Positions 24,765 to 38,744 are shown, numbered from the stretch's first letter. The stretch is 64,000 nucleotides of DNA from Tubulanus polymorphus (GCF_964204645.1 NC_134029.1:24298950-24362949); one strand, 5' to 3'. Translations and numbers: made by a program. The notes: generated by a model from the sequence alone, not told the origin.

Positions 24765-25105
24765 CATGTCAAATATTTGCGTCATTGTCAGACCCATTTT
24801 AATGGTCACTGTTGAACTCGCATTCCGCACCGGTCTCACCGATTTCTCATACTTCCTCAGAATATGGTTCATTAATTTTTGTTCGTCCGGTTCACGCTCC
24901 GGATCCGGATACATGAAATCATCGTCGTCGTCATCGTTATCGTCGTCGTCCGGGTCGTTGTCCGGTTTCGGCTGCGCTTTCTTTGGTTCGTTTGATTTGG
25001 ACGGGTTTCGTTTATCAGCCTCTATTATAGTGTACGGTACGTCTTTATTCGGGTTGATTGTACTGGTATTAGTTGTGATGTCTCTGTCACCGGTGGTCGA
25101 TCTCC
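24765..25105 (-). CDS. CHRNA10-like: nAChR alpha9/10-like exon 2 (acidic N-terminal extension plus N-terminal helix)
   Basis: Acceptor atttcAG at 25107-25106, donor GTAAGT at 24764. Open throughout, ending ...DEQKLMNHILRKYEKSVRPVRNASSTVTIKMGLTMTQIFDM. Confidence 0.9.
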
Positions 25106-25820
25106 CTGAAATAAAATTAAACTAATTCAATTTCAAGATTAGAACGAAGAACGAAGTCACTTTCAGCTCGTAAACCGTTAAACGATATCCTTAAACTTAA
25201 TCGCGTAGAAACGAAATGGAAGAAAACCACGTAACAGAATTTCCCCGGAGATCATGCAAAATGACTTCTAAATTTACATTTTTCTAAACCTCGTGAATGT
25301 TGAGACAACATCACATATTGGGATGAAAATAAACTGGACTTTTCTGAAATAGTTGATAAATCTTGTTAACAATTAAATCCCTTCAGAGAAAATGATGAAT
25401 GTAATTATATTTGAATATACGTAATAATCATGTTTCTTTATCCGTGAACCGGGACCCTTTAAAATCCATGTATAAACATTTCTTAAATGAAATATATGTT
25501 CGGGAGAAGAAAAAATGAACCGCCGGATTTTCAGCTGCGCGAAACTGTAAGCTATTCGGTTTCCTCGGGAGACAACTTTTCTGAAAACGAAACCCATTTT
25601 CTCTTCGAAACTGTAATTTCATTTTATCGCAAAATGGAGAAAAAGGAAGACAGGATTGGCTGCCGGCACCAGCAGACGAGACTTATTGCGCGCGCATCTT
25701 CTCGATTCCATTAAAATTCATTAGTTGTGAATCATGAGAAAAAAAACATTTCTGTATAAAAACATAATGTGACAAAACAGTGTCAATCTATGCGGCGCCC
25801 AACGTCTCTCCTCCCCCTTT

Positions 25821-26178
25821 TCTCATCTCTTGAGTCCTCCTCTCCTACCCTCTCTCATCTCTTGAGTCCTCCTCTCTCTCCCTCTCTCATCTCTTGAGTC
25901 CTCCTCTCTCTCCCTCTCTCATCTCTTGAGTCCTCCTCTCTCTCCCTCTCTCATCTCTTGAGTCCTCCTCTCTCTCCCTCTCTCATCTCTTGAGTCCTCC
26001 TCTCTCTCCCTCTCTCATCTCTTGAGTCCTCCTCTCTCTCCCTCTCTCATCTCTTGAGTCCTCCTCTCTCTCCCTCTCTCATCTCTTGAGTCCTCCTCTC
26101 TCTCCCTCTCTCATCTCTTGAGTCCACCTCTCTCTCCCTCTCTCATCTCTTGAGTCCTCCTCTCTCTCCCTCTCTCAT
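25821..26178. repeat. 32-bp pyrimidine-rich minisatellite (TCTCATCTCTTGAGTCCTCCTCTCTCTCCCTC, ~11 copies)
   Basis: Direct reading. Confidence 0.92.
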
Positions 26179-26905
26179 CCCCCTCTCTCATCTCTCGAAC
26201 CCCTCTCTCCCCACATCATCTCTCTACCCTTTCTCTCACTCCCCTTTCTCTCACTCCCCTCTCACTCTCAACTCAATCTATCACGCTCTAGCTCCCCACA
26301 GGAAATTCGCTTGTGATACCGCAATATTTTCCTCGATCTAGATAAAGATAACTGAATGTCCTTCATAAAGGACGTAAGGTAAATGAACTCCAGTGATGGG
26401 CATTCATTGGTTATATTTGAGTAATGAATATTTGCTTGAAATATAGATTATCTATTGCGGGTTCTCGGTATTTTAATCTCGCCAGCATTAAGCCTCATCG
26501 ATACAGGCAAAATGATGATGTTTCCTCTCCCGTAACATCACATGTCGATATATGAAACAACAATATCGCGACGCCGCAGGTTTTCGGCACTTTACTCATG
26601 TAATTCCAGTCTCAACACGTATGTTCGTGTTTTCTGTCGAATCATGTCTAAGTGTTTTACATATTTCATGTCTCTGCCGTCGCGTTCGAAGAATGGAGGT
26701 ACACGAAGCACTACAGACGGATATTATCCGTGTTTCCACCGAGAATCTGCTGACATTGAGGAGACTTCATTCCCTCAGTCGTGGGTAAAACAATCAACTT
26801 CATTACAACGAAAATTATCTTATAATTCAGAAATAAATCCAAGCACATCCCTTCAGAAATTATCATTAAGGGTTTTGACAGTTTGCATCACACGTTTGCT
26901 AACAG

Positions 26906-27037
26906 GGGCCAGCTGCACAGTCGTGACTTAAGTCCAAAAGTGGTCTCAAATCTTAAGACAGGTCTTGTTGTAAGATTGGCAATAGAACTAAGTTAGTCTT
27001 TGGTCTTGAATCTAAGCCATGACTATGCAACCGACCC
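26906..27037. mobile_element. MITE family C (Harbinger-like, CWG flanks)
   Basis: TIRs GGGCCAGCTGCACAGTCGTGACTTA / TAAGCCATGACTATGCAACCGACCC with flanks CAG/CTG. Homologous to copies at 34673, 38280 and 61362. Confidence 0.7.
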
Positions 27038-28363
27038 CTGGACGCGACGTCATGATTATTTGCCGTGAGCTAGCTGGATCCAGATCTATTGTTCACGGTT
27101 AAAATTTCTAATTTCAAATCTCGAACAATGTGGGAACTGTGTTCTGAAGGTTGCAGCAATGTCGGCCAGTTGAACTGATCTTAGAATAGGGATTGACCTG
27201 TTATTTATTTGATTGGTAGATTTCGTAGGGATCGAAACGGGTTTTTTAGATATCAGTCCAAAAATCGACCAACAGGGATACATCTATCTTTCCGCTGTGG
27301 TTTGTGGCGACTCTCCACATTTCTCTGATGTGACATATTACAAGGATGTTTTTACTTTGGACACTAATTCCCCGTATAACAATGCGGGAATCTATTTCCG
27401 TTTTGAATATCCTGCTCGCAGAGAAGGTGAATAGATAGATCTTCATCAGTTTTATCAGTAAATTGAGATTGATAAAGGACTCGACTGAACAGACGCGCTG
27501 TACACCCACCTCGACCTCCTCAGTCGCAGCCGAGTCAGCGCCATATCCATCATCGAATCGTCTTCTCAATCCTAATCGAATCAGTCGTCGAGGTAAATTC
27601 AGATTTACCTTTCTATCGACTTAAAAACAACATCCGGCGACTCGGTAAATATTCGAGTTTCAGTCACGCGAGAATCGACGAGATTTTCACTCGGTAATAA
27701 ATTCGATTGTGCTTGAATTATTTCTTCAATCTGATTCAACAATATCGTCCTCGAGTCCCTCCGATATTTCGTGTTCAAATTCAATTGTTTTTCTATCTTA
27801 AATTTAACCTCAAAACCCGTCGTAACGAAATATTCTAGTTTGCACACGATGGTCGGTCTCTGGTGTTGATGGAAAATGATTTTTCCAAATTGAATATTTC
27901 TTCTTTATTGGAATTGATTTTGAGATAACACTTTTACTTCCTACCTCGAAACCGTTCGATTGAAAAAAGCTTAATGTCTCTCGTGTCAATCGTCGTGAAG
28001 GTGACTTTTAGAGATGATATGTAATTTATAATATTAATTTTACACGTTGCTTTTTATCTAGAGGATTAACAAGGAGCAGTCAAACATAATTAACACAGTA
28101 TTAAAAAACACGAATAACTTGAGATGCTAGAAAATTTAACGAGGAACCCTAAAATAACACCTATAATGGTTCTCCAAAGAACCCTGTAAAGAAACATGTG
28201 ATCATATTGAAAGGGGTTCTTTCAAAGATGAACCCTACGACTTAATAAAAGAATTGCTTCTCTTTTGTCACCTGTTATCAAACACATTGTTCTAAATATT
28301 GCAAGAAATGTGATATTTCAGAAATATGTTGGTGCTGTCACTGTGGGTTGATATTGCGGTTGT

Positions 28364-28470
28364 GGATCCAGTTCAATCCACGGTTAATATTAGAATCCCG
28401 ATTTGAGACATGACAAAATATTTCATTTTGGAGTCGAATCTAACCAAAAGACTGCAGTGTAACTGGATCC
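28364..28470. mobile_element. Short MITE-like element with GGATCCAGTT termini
   Basis: GGATCCAGTTCAA...GTGTAACTGGATCC. Confidence 0.45.
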
Positions 28471-29399
28471 TGATTTGTGTCAGAGCTGCAAAAATATCTT
28501 GTGTCTTCTGTGTCGAATAAAGGGGTGAAATGTTGATGGTTGAGGTTTGCGATTCAATCAGTTTTAAACGGAAGGAGGGGGCTTTTACAAGTTATATCGT
28601 TACCATAGTATCGTTCACACTTGACCAAGAAACTTCCTTTGTTTCCAAATGTTAAATGGCGCACTGCTCAGATTCCGGTTTTTATGCAATACATGCTCAA
28701 ATCATTCTTTCCTACGTCGAAAAATTCATTTTATACTCGATTTACACAGAATCTTTAATCGACGCAATCAGTCAAACTGGAATGTCACCGGAGATGACTA
28801 GAACTGAAATAAATGTCTCATCTGAGACGATATACGCGAGAATCTATGGTACTCATCCATTATACACTAGCATTCTTCTGCACTAGCTGGTTTTTTCTTT
28901 TTTTCCGTCGAGCATAGGCGCCGAGTCATCGCTCGCTTCGATTCGGCGCGAGAGATCGGTTTCAGAGAGACACGTTTCTTGTCTCCGAGAACGCGAGTCG
29001 GTCGTGTGGATAAACACGACGCGGTCCGGTTCAACCATTCAGAACAAATCTTGTCATTCATATAACCAAGCAAGAGTTTCCAGTCGACCGACGCCACGTA
29101 CAGCGATCTACCCGAACAACGAGCAAATCACCGAGCGACACAAAACGCGATGTTATTCAATCGAAAATGAGAAATTTGCGTGATTTCTTAGTAGTTTCTT
29201 TTCTGTTTAGAAATCAAGACATCAAAGAATATGAAAGCGTTTAACCCTCAGCGGTAGAATCATTATAACCTCAGCTATTGTAGATATTAGCCACTGATTT
29301 TACAGTGTCTTGTAACCCTTCCCCTCATTCCACTAAACAACGCTCACGGTATTAATGCTAGTCTATTTCGTATGATGAGGGCAGAGAAGAACCCTCGAC

Positions 29400-29535
29400 C
29401 AAGAAACTCTACCGCCATCAAGATTCGAACCAGTGAAGCCTGGATTGACGAGACACCAGAGTTTCTATGCGAAGGGCTGGACTAGACTGCATCAGGATTC
29501 GAACCAATCAACCGTGGATTGATGAGGTACCAGTA
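29400..29535 (-). mobile_element. Duplicated tRNA-derived SINE heads
   Basis: Two B-box copies (plus-strand GATTCGAACC at ~29422 and ~29496) within similar ~45-bp blocks. Confidence 0.35.
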
Positions 29536-32500
29536 TGTGAATAGCCGATACCAGTATTCTCTGTCCACTGTTGTTTTTATTGGCTGGCCATTTCGCCGAT
29601 GACGCCACGGATGATTTTCGGTCGAAGCGATTTTTGATGAAGTCGAAAATGTCATTGATGATAATAAGTTATTGACCGACTGATATCGACGATCTGACGA
29701 TTCGTCATCGTTCGATCAAATTAATGGGTACACAGAAAAAAACCGAACGACGAACAGAATCCGTAAAAACCCCGGATATGGTCGGGATCTGCGACGAGTG
29801 AAATAGACGGACGGTTTATCGTCACTCTGCGAGATGAAAAGTTAAGCGGAGCATGAAAGTCATGCACGGTGACTGAATGATTTGACCATTGCCGCGAGTT
29901 TATCAGATTATGTCTTGTTTTTTCAGTGCCTCTACATCAAGACCAATTCACGAGCCAGTAAAGAGTTTTTGTTATCCATGCATACAACTGCATGATCCAC
30001 CTTCGGTTTATATGCATAACTGGAGAGCGAGAGAGGAGAGGGAGAGTGAGGGAGAGTGGAGAGAGAGAGGGAGTTGAGAGAGAGAGTGAATGAGCAGGTG
30101 GTTTCTACTGTACACCTTGCTGTAACTGCCCTCGTTGACATGTTTTACTGCAGACACTTAATCATGATACAAACATAAAACGATAAAATGATATAAAGCT
30201 TCGAAAATGCTGCCAATACTGTGTCTAAAATCGATGACTTGTGGTCGATGTTTGGAAACTTGGGGGCCGTTTATGAGAACGAATTGATCGTAGTCACAGT
30301 AATACAATATTGATGTGTATCTTTATGAGTCCATGGTGAAACGGACCCTGGCAACCAATGATTGTTGGTTACGTTGATTTTCGGTTGTCTATTCCTAACC
30401 TGTTTAGGTTCGATAACCAGCGTTCCTCCTTTATCGGTTACTGTTAGCAATTTTCTGTATACATTTTCTGATTATAGTATTTTCTAACAGTAATTGCTCA
30501 TATTCACGACGATTCACCGATTGAAGATAAGATGCCTTGAAGAGACTGACGGCGCTGAAATATCCATCTTTCGATAAATCATCGGCGTCTCCGAGCGCGC
30601 TGTCCCCGGTGCGGGCCGTATCTTATTCAAAACATTGAATATCCCGAAATTATCTCTTCACAAACTCGTAACGAGTTCCAACAGCGGAGATGAGTGGTTT
30701 CTATCGACCAGAATGTGACAACGGCTTCCACGGGGAAAAGTAGGAGTTTAGAAAACTAGGTATGCATAAAACAGAGAAGGAATCAGTTTATTTTTGCAAA
30801 CCAATGAAATAGAGACGGGTGGGTTTTAGAAATTTTCACTGATGTAGTTTCAATATGGATATCTATAAGATGTCTGTACAGCATTTGATGTTCTGAGAAC
30901 ACCTACCTGGTGGCACCACAAACAAAAGCCAACAAAGTATCTTTTTACCTTGGCTGCTCGATTGGTTGTCTGTACCATTGAAATAATGTAAGCCATTTAT
31001 TTCTGATATAGAAGTCAATTTTGCATTTCATGTAATCAGATTTTTTCGTAATTCTCCACGAGCTAATAAACTAACTCCCACGGTGCGAAGATAGCTATTG
31101 ATTTTCTCTCCGTTCCAGCTATAGGGCTGCAGTAACCAACGCGTAATACGCAGCCAATTAAATGATTATTATATAATTTGATTAACGCTCGAAACAAGCG
31201 TTACACACATAAAACCTATGTATAACAGAGATTACTTAAATGGTAGAAAGCCCGCTGGATCCCGCGTCATCACGACGAGAATCAGATAAAATAATTAATT
31301 TCATCTCGCTGGTTATTATCGTGGAAATAACCGTTTTATAATCTATGAAGCGATTAGTCGAGTTAATCTCTTCGTGAGTGAAATGCGGATTAATTTTTAG
31401 CGAATCGTAATCTCGTTGACATTTTCAGCTGTACCTGGAGCGTAAACACTTCTAACAGAAATATATTCTTTAACCTTGTAATGGTAGTTGAAAAAAGTAC
31501 AGTAGAAAGAGTGCAGTATGGCTGTATTTCAGCAGAATATTGAGCTAGAATTTGCGAGGAATTTTGTTTGTGTGTTAATGTATCTCTAAGGGAAATGTAG
31601 CACGCAACAATGCGCTCATGTGAGTTCAAATATTTGAATAATGGATTTCACTAATCTGTTACTGGTTTTTATCTGCGCATTTGAACTATTATCATCACAA
31701 ACATTATAAATCATTAGATGATTTATAATATGGAAACACGTAGGGCATTAGGGGCTGCAGGATTCAGCTGTCGTCGATATCACCTTTTGAACTATAAAGT
31801 ATTCTAAATTCTAACTTCAAAATCTGTTTAATATCTAGTGATAAGATTCTTACCCGTGATTGTCAATGAAAAACTGTCCAGTTATGGGATTCGGACCCGT
31901 AGACTCTAGACTAGTGATTATTGCATTTTGTAACAGTCACCAAATTGATATGATGTAATGTATAATGAAAATACTGATTAGTCAAATAATTTGACTAAAC
32001 TTCAGAGAAACATAAATAACATAAAATAACGATGTAATGTAACATCTATATTTTTCAATTACTGTTTATCATTATTATGCTAGTTTCATTTTCTTAATGT
32101 TGAAGTTTAGTCAAAACTTCAAAACTGTCAGAATAAATTCCAAATCCATCGACAGTTGGTTTTGCTTACTGGACTTTATAGAGTTGCGACATGAACTATT
32201 AACTAATCTTCACTCTATAACCCACAACACACTGTGGAGCCAGGTCCAGACGCTTGAGACATGCAGAATACCTCGAGGCAGGAGGGAAAAGGAGGAATCA
32301 ACCAGCGGTGAATATATTTACCAGCACACTTATCGCGCCGCGACCCTTGCCCACAGTCTCTCGATGATAAATATATTGCGGAAACTGTCACCCGTAATTT
32401 TACCGGCACCAACTCGTTCGCGACTCGTCTGATTTACATTGACGCGTTCTCGGTCGGTAAAAAAACCGACAGAAAATTTCCTGTAGCGGCGATGATGAGT

Positions 32501-33002
32501 GCGCGACCCAAACTCTCCGGGGATTCGTCCTAACTGATTGGCTATCGTGCAACCTGTATATTTAAATAGAGTCTCAGACCACGAGATAATCGAGGTCCTA
32601 AGATTCCCGGTGACTCGCGAGCCAGATCAGTTTAGTGTACGTGTTGCCTAATGGAGGCCTTGGTGCGATTAGTTCGGGGACTAATTGTATAATGCATTCT
32701 GCCTCCCGAAGAAAATGACCAATCCCGATCGACACTGAACGTTATTCTAAACACTAAACCTAACCCACGGAAATGTGGTTGAAATTCAAATCATCAAAAT
32801 CAAATGTTTACCCGGGCAAAAATCAGCTGAAAACCATTATATTCAATTGAGCCGATGTTTCATCAGGTCAAAATATGTGATAAAAATTCGTGAATCGATA
32901 TGTTGCTTAGAATTATTCATCCACAGACCACGCAATTTTACAATGAGATACTCATGAATTTAGAGCTAGGAGGGTCGTGTATGTACATGAATGTCGGCGT
33001 AA

Positions 33003-34119
33003 TATTTCAACTTGATTTGAAAGGACGACGGGTGCCATAAATCAGTGAGTTTTAGTTCAGCTGTGCATCATTTTGTGCTGGTCATTTCAACACCAACATC
33101 ATGTATGTACTACTAGAAATGAGGCCACGCATGTACTACTAGAAATGAGGCCACGCATGTACTACTAGAAATGAGGCCACGCATGTACTACTAGAAATAA
33201 GGCCACACATGTACTACTAGAAATGAGGCCACACATGTACTACTAGAAATGAGGCCACGCATGTACTACTAGAAATGAGGCCACGCATGTACTACTAGAA
33301 ATAAGGCCACACATGTACTACTAGAAATAAGGCCACACATGTACTACTAGAAATGAGGCCACACATGTACTACTAGAAATGAGGCCACACATGTACTACT
33401 AGAAATGAGGCCACGCATGTACTACTAGAAATGAGGCCACGCATGTACTACTAGAAATGAGGCCACGCATGTACTACTAGAAATGAGGCCACGCATGTAC
33501 TACTAGAAATGAGGCCACACATGTACTACTAGAAATGAGGCCACGCATGTACTACTAGAAATGAGGCCACACATGTACTACTAGAAATGAGGCCACGCAT
33601 GTACTACTAGAAATGAGGCCACACATGTACTACTAGAAATGAGGCCACGCATGTACTACTAGAAATGAGGCCACGCATGTACTACTAGAAATGAGGCCAC
33701 ACATGTACTACTAGAAATGAGGCCACGCATGTACTACTAGAAATGAGGCCACACATGTACTACTAGAAATGAGGCCACGCATGTACTACTAGAAATGAGG
33801 CCACGCATGTACTACTAGAAATGAGGCCACGCATGTACTACTAGAAATGAGGCCACGCATGTACTACTAGAAATGAGGCCACGCATGTACTACTAGAAAT
33901 AAGACCACTCGTGTACGACTAGAAATGAGGCCACGCATGTACGACTAGAAATGAGACCACGCATGTACTACTAGAAATCAGGCCACGCATGTACTACTAG
34001 AAATCAGGCCACGCATGTACTACTAGAAATGAGACCACGCATGTACTACTAGAAATGAGGCCACGCATGTACTTCTAGAAATGAGGCCGCCTGACATCCT
34101 TTCAAACCAAGTTGAAATA
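33003..34119. mobile_element. TIR element (MITE) containing an internal satellite array
   Basis: Left end TATTTCAACTTGATTTGAAAGGACGACGGGTGCC matches the reverse complement of the right end, TATTTCAACTTGGTTTGAAAGGATGTCAGGCGGCC. Confidence 0.7.
33105..34088. repeat. 26-bp minisatellite (CATGTACTACTAGAAATGAGGCCACG, ~38 copies)
   Basis: Direct reading; units are directly adjacent with no spacers. Confidence 0.97.
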
Positions 34120-34672
34120 GATATTCGCTATACTGCTACATTCACCACACAATAAACCCCAGTATCATAGTACGTTCGCTAGCGGCCTGTCAGTTATACA
34201 TCTATTTTCATCAACGGTCGCTATTGTGCCTGTGACAATTACTGGCACTTCAGCATCGGTAACAATTCGAGCTAAAACGCTACCGGCAGATTCGGTTGCT
34301 ATCAGCGGCCATCTTTCCATATGCTACGGTATACCGGAAGTGACGTATGTCAGATAGCGCGCTATGCCAGGCTATGATGGACGGTAATGTTGCGTATTAA
34401 CTGAGATAACTTCGACTATTTCAGCGTCGAAATGTCGCGTTTTATGATCGCATTCAGCGTTGCGGTCAAAACGTTATTGGCCGTAACGTTTTAAGAAAAT
34501 GGAGATAAAATATTCGACGACAAAACTCGATTAGTGAAAAACGCATAACGCATAACATGAAACAACTGAAGCAAATAAGATCCTCAACTCGAGGTTAAAA
34601 GCCACAAAAAAAAAACGAGAAAATATACAGATTTCAAAACGATGCCTATGTTTCAACTCGTTCGACTATCTT

Positions 34673-34809
34673 GGGCCAGTTCCATAGTCGAAACTTAAAA
34701 GGTTGGAAAAGTGGTCTTAAATCTTCAGACAAATCTTATGCTGTTAGTTTGCCAATAGAACTTAAATGGTCTGAGACTGGCCTATAAGCCTTGGTTATGG
34801 AATCGGGCC
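34673..34809. mobile_element. MITE family C, diverged copy
   Basis: GGGCCAGTTCCATAGTC...AAAGTGGTCTTAAATCTT...TATGGAATCGGGCC. Confidence 0.55.
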
Positions 34810-36943
34810 CAGAATACTTATATGTAACAGTAGATATCGAATATCTCGAGAAAGGATATATTCATAGCTATTTACAATGGTTATGTGGCTGTGTTCACGA
34901 ACACAGTAACAGAAGATCAATGCCCACAGTTACATATTCAAAAGATTAGAAATAAGGTCGATCTTTTTATCAAGATTTATACTGAAAAGTTATAAACATC
35001 ATTAGTTCACATCTCTCTAGAGATGGCCTGAAACTTAATTCTTTAATTCTTGATAAATAGAATCATTCACCACATCAGAACGAGACCGGGCTATTCTACT
35101 AGAAAACCACGATCAGCATCATTTACCCGTTACACCTTCCAGTAATGGATTGAACACTGTTACAAGACCTTACAGCAGTTTAAAAAACTTCTACAATATT
35201 TACATATCTCGATAAAAAAAACCACCGATGGGAATAAGGCTCATCTGGTGCTAACTCCGTCAATGTTCAGGTGCGACGAGCAAGGTTTTGTGGAGCGAAC
35301 TACCCGTATATTGTTGTGATCTAGCGCCGTGTTATTGGTCCTTCTAGACTCGCAAATTTCCTTTACGTTGACGTAATGTGTCGACGGGGACCGATTGCAG
35401 ACGACAGCCTGAAGCTAGTAATTGGTCACGTGGAATTCAAACCACCAAACCGTGTGATACAGCTGTGCGGGAATAAGTATTTTCCAGTAGTAAAAATGAT
35501 ACGATCAATAAAAATATCTCCGCTATAAAAAACACTTCCGTCGCGCTGAGTCTCGTTTGAAAAACTGATCGAACAATGAAATGTGAACGATGCACCTGAT
35601 TCACGTCAATGCGGCTAAATTGGATCACCTGATGTTCCGGCCGATTTTGACGAGAAGATACGAGATTCAAGAGAAGCCGCTAAAGCAAACGGTTTCTCAG
35701 AAATCTGAAGTCGTATCCCTTCGATGACGCTCTATAAACTTGTTTAACTCAGTATGAACCGATATCTGCTATTCCCAGCCCTCCTGTTAGGGCGGCGGGC
35801 CAAAGTGTAGAATCTAAAGTGCTGCGTCTTAGTCGGTCTACTTACGCAATCTAATATAAGCCTACGCACACGATTGTAATGATGATATAGGCCCTGGAGA
35901 AATTTGACAGTCGATAGATTTTCTATTTCCGGAGTTAATACGCGACCAATACGTGGAACGTTTCGCGATCGTGACGAGTTTTTTTTCGTATTTTTATCGG
36001 CGGTATCTTAATGCGCACACGCGCACGCGCATACGGTATAACTCCCCCGGTTAGATGCGGGACATACCTCGTATTACACAACGAAAACAAACGGGGATTC
36101 GCCGCGAGTCGATCGTGCTCGAAAAACCACCGATTCTAAAAACATCGACAGTTAGAGATAAGAGAAAATAATCCTGACAATCTGTAACGAAAACATTATT
36201 GAACCAGTCGAGTGAAGAGGGTGCACTAAACTAGTGTTTCTTATAGAGCTGTCCGCTCTCAGACAGACTTTTACAGTTCTGGGTCGAATAACAGTCAAGA
36301 CGTAACCAGTCCGTGTTATATGACCAATCAGACAACTACGACTTAAGCCCAACTTATCGGGCCCTGGGTAAATATAGACTCTGTGAATAATTGAATTTTG
36401 AACATGATTTCTACTTACTCTTAACTCTTGGAATGGGTGAGATGTGAGATGTGTCATTTTTTTTAAAGTCTACTTCGAATTTTCATTTTTCTCCGTCAGC
36501 TTTCAATTGACAATTTATTAAACTTCAAAAAAACAAAATCAATAAAAATGAATCAAAAACAATAAAAATGACCTCAATCTTCGTTACATAGAAAATGGAC
36601 GAAGGTGCCTATAACACTTTGTGACCGTTGACCCTCCCGACGCGATACACAAATTTAAAAACATTATTCGGTTGAATTGTTTGCCTCAATTAAATGTTCA
36701 AACATCAAACACATTTTGATAAACATCACGAAGTCACCGAGTAAAAAATGATAGAGTTTATCATGTAGGGCACGTCGTTTCGCCGATAAGTTTCCTTATT
36801 AACATTTTCAGTTCGACGTTTCGTCTTGAAGCGGAAGAATCGCGTTTTGTTTGATTTTAACAGACGATGTTTTTCTAAAACTTTGGACGTGTGACGTAGA
36901 GAATTATAAACCACAGGCCAGAGAAAACTAGCAAATACATCGC

Positions 36944-37043
36944 GATCCAGTTCAACATTGATTCCTGCTGGATCCAGTTCAACATTGATTCCTGCTGGAT
37001 CCAGTTCAACATTGATTCCTGCTGACAATCCAGTTCAACATTG
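36944..37043. repeat. 27-bp tandem repeat (GATCCAGTTCAACATTGATTCCTGCTG, ~3.5 copies)
   Basis: Direct reading. Confidence 0.85.
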
Positions 37044-38279
37044 ACAAAATGTGTTTTCGTGCTAGGAAATTTAAAATTAACTCAATCTAATCTCAATCTA
37101 AGTCAAACTTATAACGGACTTCTGTGGTTCTGAATCAAATATTTCATGTTCAAATATGATACTGTTGAATCAAACTGTTAAACAGTTCCCGAGAGAATTA
37201 CAATGAACTGTGAATTATTTCAATCATGTCTCAATTCTAAAAATCTCGCGTTTATGACATTTTGATTTTCTATCTCAGTCTCAAGTGAATGTTTGTTTGT
37301 TGAAGATGTCCCAAGGTTCTGATAACAGGCAAGGCACATATCAGATGGCTGCTGCTGCTGCTGCAGCTGCAGCTGCCTCTATTGCGACTCACGACGCGAC
37401 ATAATTTCCATCTTGAGAAAATTGATCACCGTAAGGGCTGAATTTGTATCTGTGATGTTTTGATTGTACATTGATGGTGAAGTTGAACATCAGTGTACGC
37501 TGCCGTCATGAAGAGAATATAAAGACGACCGACCGAGGGCTCATCATTCCGGCGTAATGAATTCGCTATTGTGCTCGCTGTATTCTGAATACCACTGCGG
37601 TGATATTTCCCAATATTGCATATTGATGGGCTCACGTAAGTCCGACGAATTTTTCTGCCGGATTTTCGTATAGAATCATATTCTTCTCGTCAACGAGCAC
37701 AAACGGAATTTTTCTACCGAACGCGCGCGGGCGCGAATCAATGCACCAAATCAGGCTGTTTTTGTTATGATCAACAATTTATCATAAGTCGGAAATCAGA
37801 CGGTGCAGCCGCGTCCCTGGACTCGTCTGAATACATCTTGCGGCGGTTCTCAATAGAACATGGGCGTGTTTAGCGCACCACCCGAACTGAGAAGCATTCC
37901 GCCTGTCATATCATGACATATTAGAACTGTTCTGGAGGAAATCAAGCACTTGACGGCTGTATAAATAGTTATTGAATCTGTCCTGACAAACTGCACCGCG
38001 ATTCTCAATATATTCCCACCATTATCAAATATGATATTAATGAATTCGCGACGCATTTTTTAGTCTGAAATTTTTATAAAAATCCGTTATATTGTATCCA
38101 TCAGAATTACCCCAGATGTTTCGTGCGATCATCATCGAATCATTACCGAGTAACTTATTCTATGAATATATGGGATTTTATATTCAACTTTTTACACGTA
38201 ACATCTTTACATATTGATGCTACGTTTCGACACGATGAAAATGATTTAGAAAATTCACCCAATCATCCGATGGCCCCAG

Positions 38280-38421
38280 GGGCCAGTTGCACAGTTGTGA
38301 CTTAAGTCTAAACGTGGTCTTAAATCTTAAGACTGGTCTTAAGTTGTTAGATTGGCTATATAACTAAGTTGGTCTTAGATTGGTCTTACGTATGTCTAAG
38401 TCATGACTATGCAACCGACCC
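38280..38421. mobile_element. MITE family C, best-preserved copy
   Basis: CAG|GGGCCAGTTGCACAGTTGTGACTTAAG...CTAAGTCATGACTATGCAACCGACCC|CAG, with a 3-bp CAG duplication. Confidence 0.75.
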
Positions 38422-38744
38422 CAGATGACAAACCGACGTTTTGTGACCGAATCGAAAGATTCTTCTAGTCGTAAATCGTGATTATTGTAATTATACAGAG
38501 TCTAGTACTACAGTGACCCTTTAGTCGGAGCTGGTGATGATAGGGAAGGCGATGATAGTCTCCTGCGCCGTTATAACCATGTTCGCTTTGCCTCCTTGTT
38601 GTAAAGTGGTACTTCCATAATATACCCGTATAACTTTAAAGTAATAAGGAGGCTGGCAATCAGTCTGTTGATGGGAAAATTATACAGATTCGACCTCGGC
38701 GTCGAGGGATGGTATGTAGTAGTCGACGCGTTCACCACCACTGC

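Noticed and set aside
24754-25125. Plus-strand ORFs overlapping nAChR exons (also 62870-63679)
   Set aside because: Antisense shadows of real coding exons.
27605-27847. ORF ending at AG|GTAAAT as an alternative first coding exon of the nAChR
   Set aside because: Wrong phase for exon 2 (an in-frame TAG lies just upstream in the needed frame) and no signal peptide.
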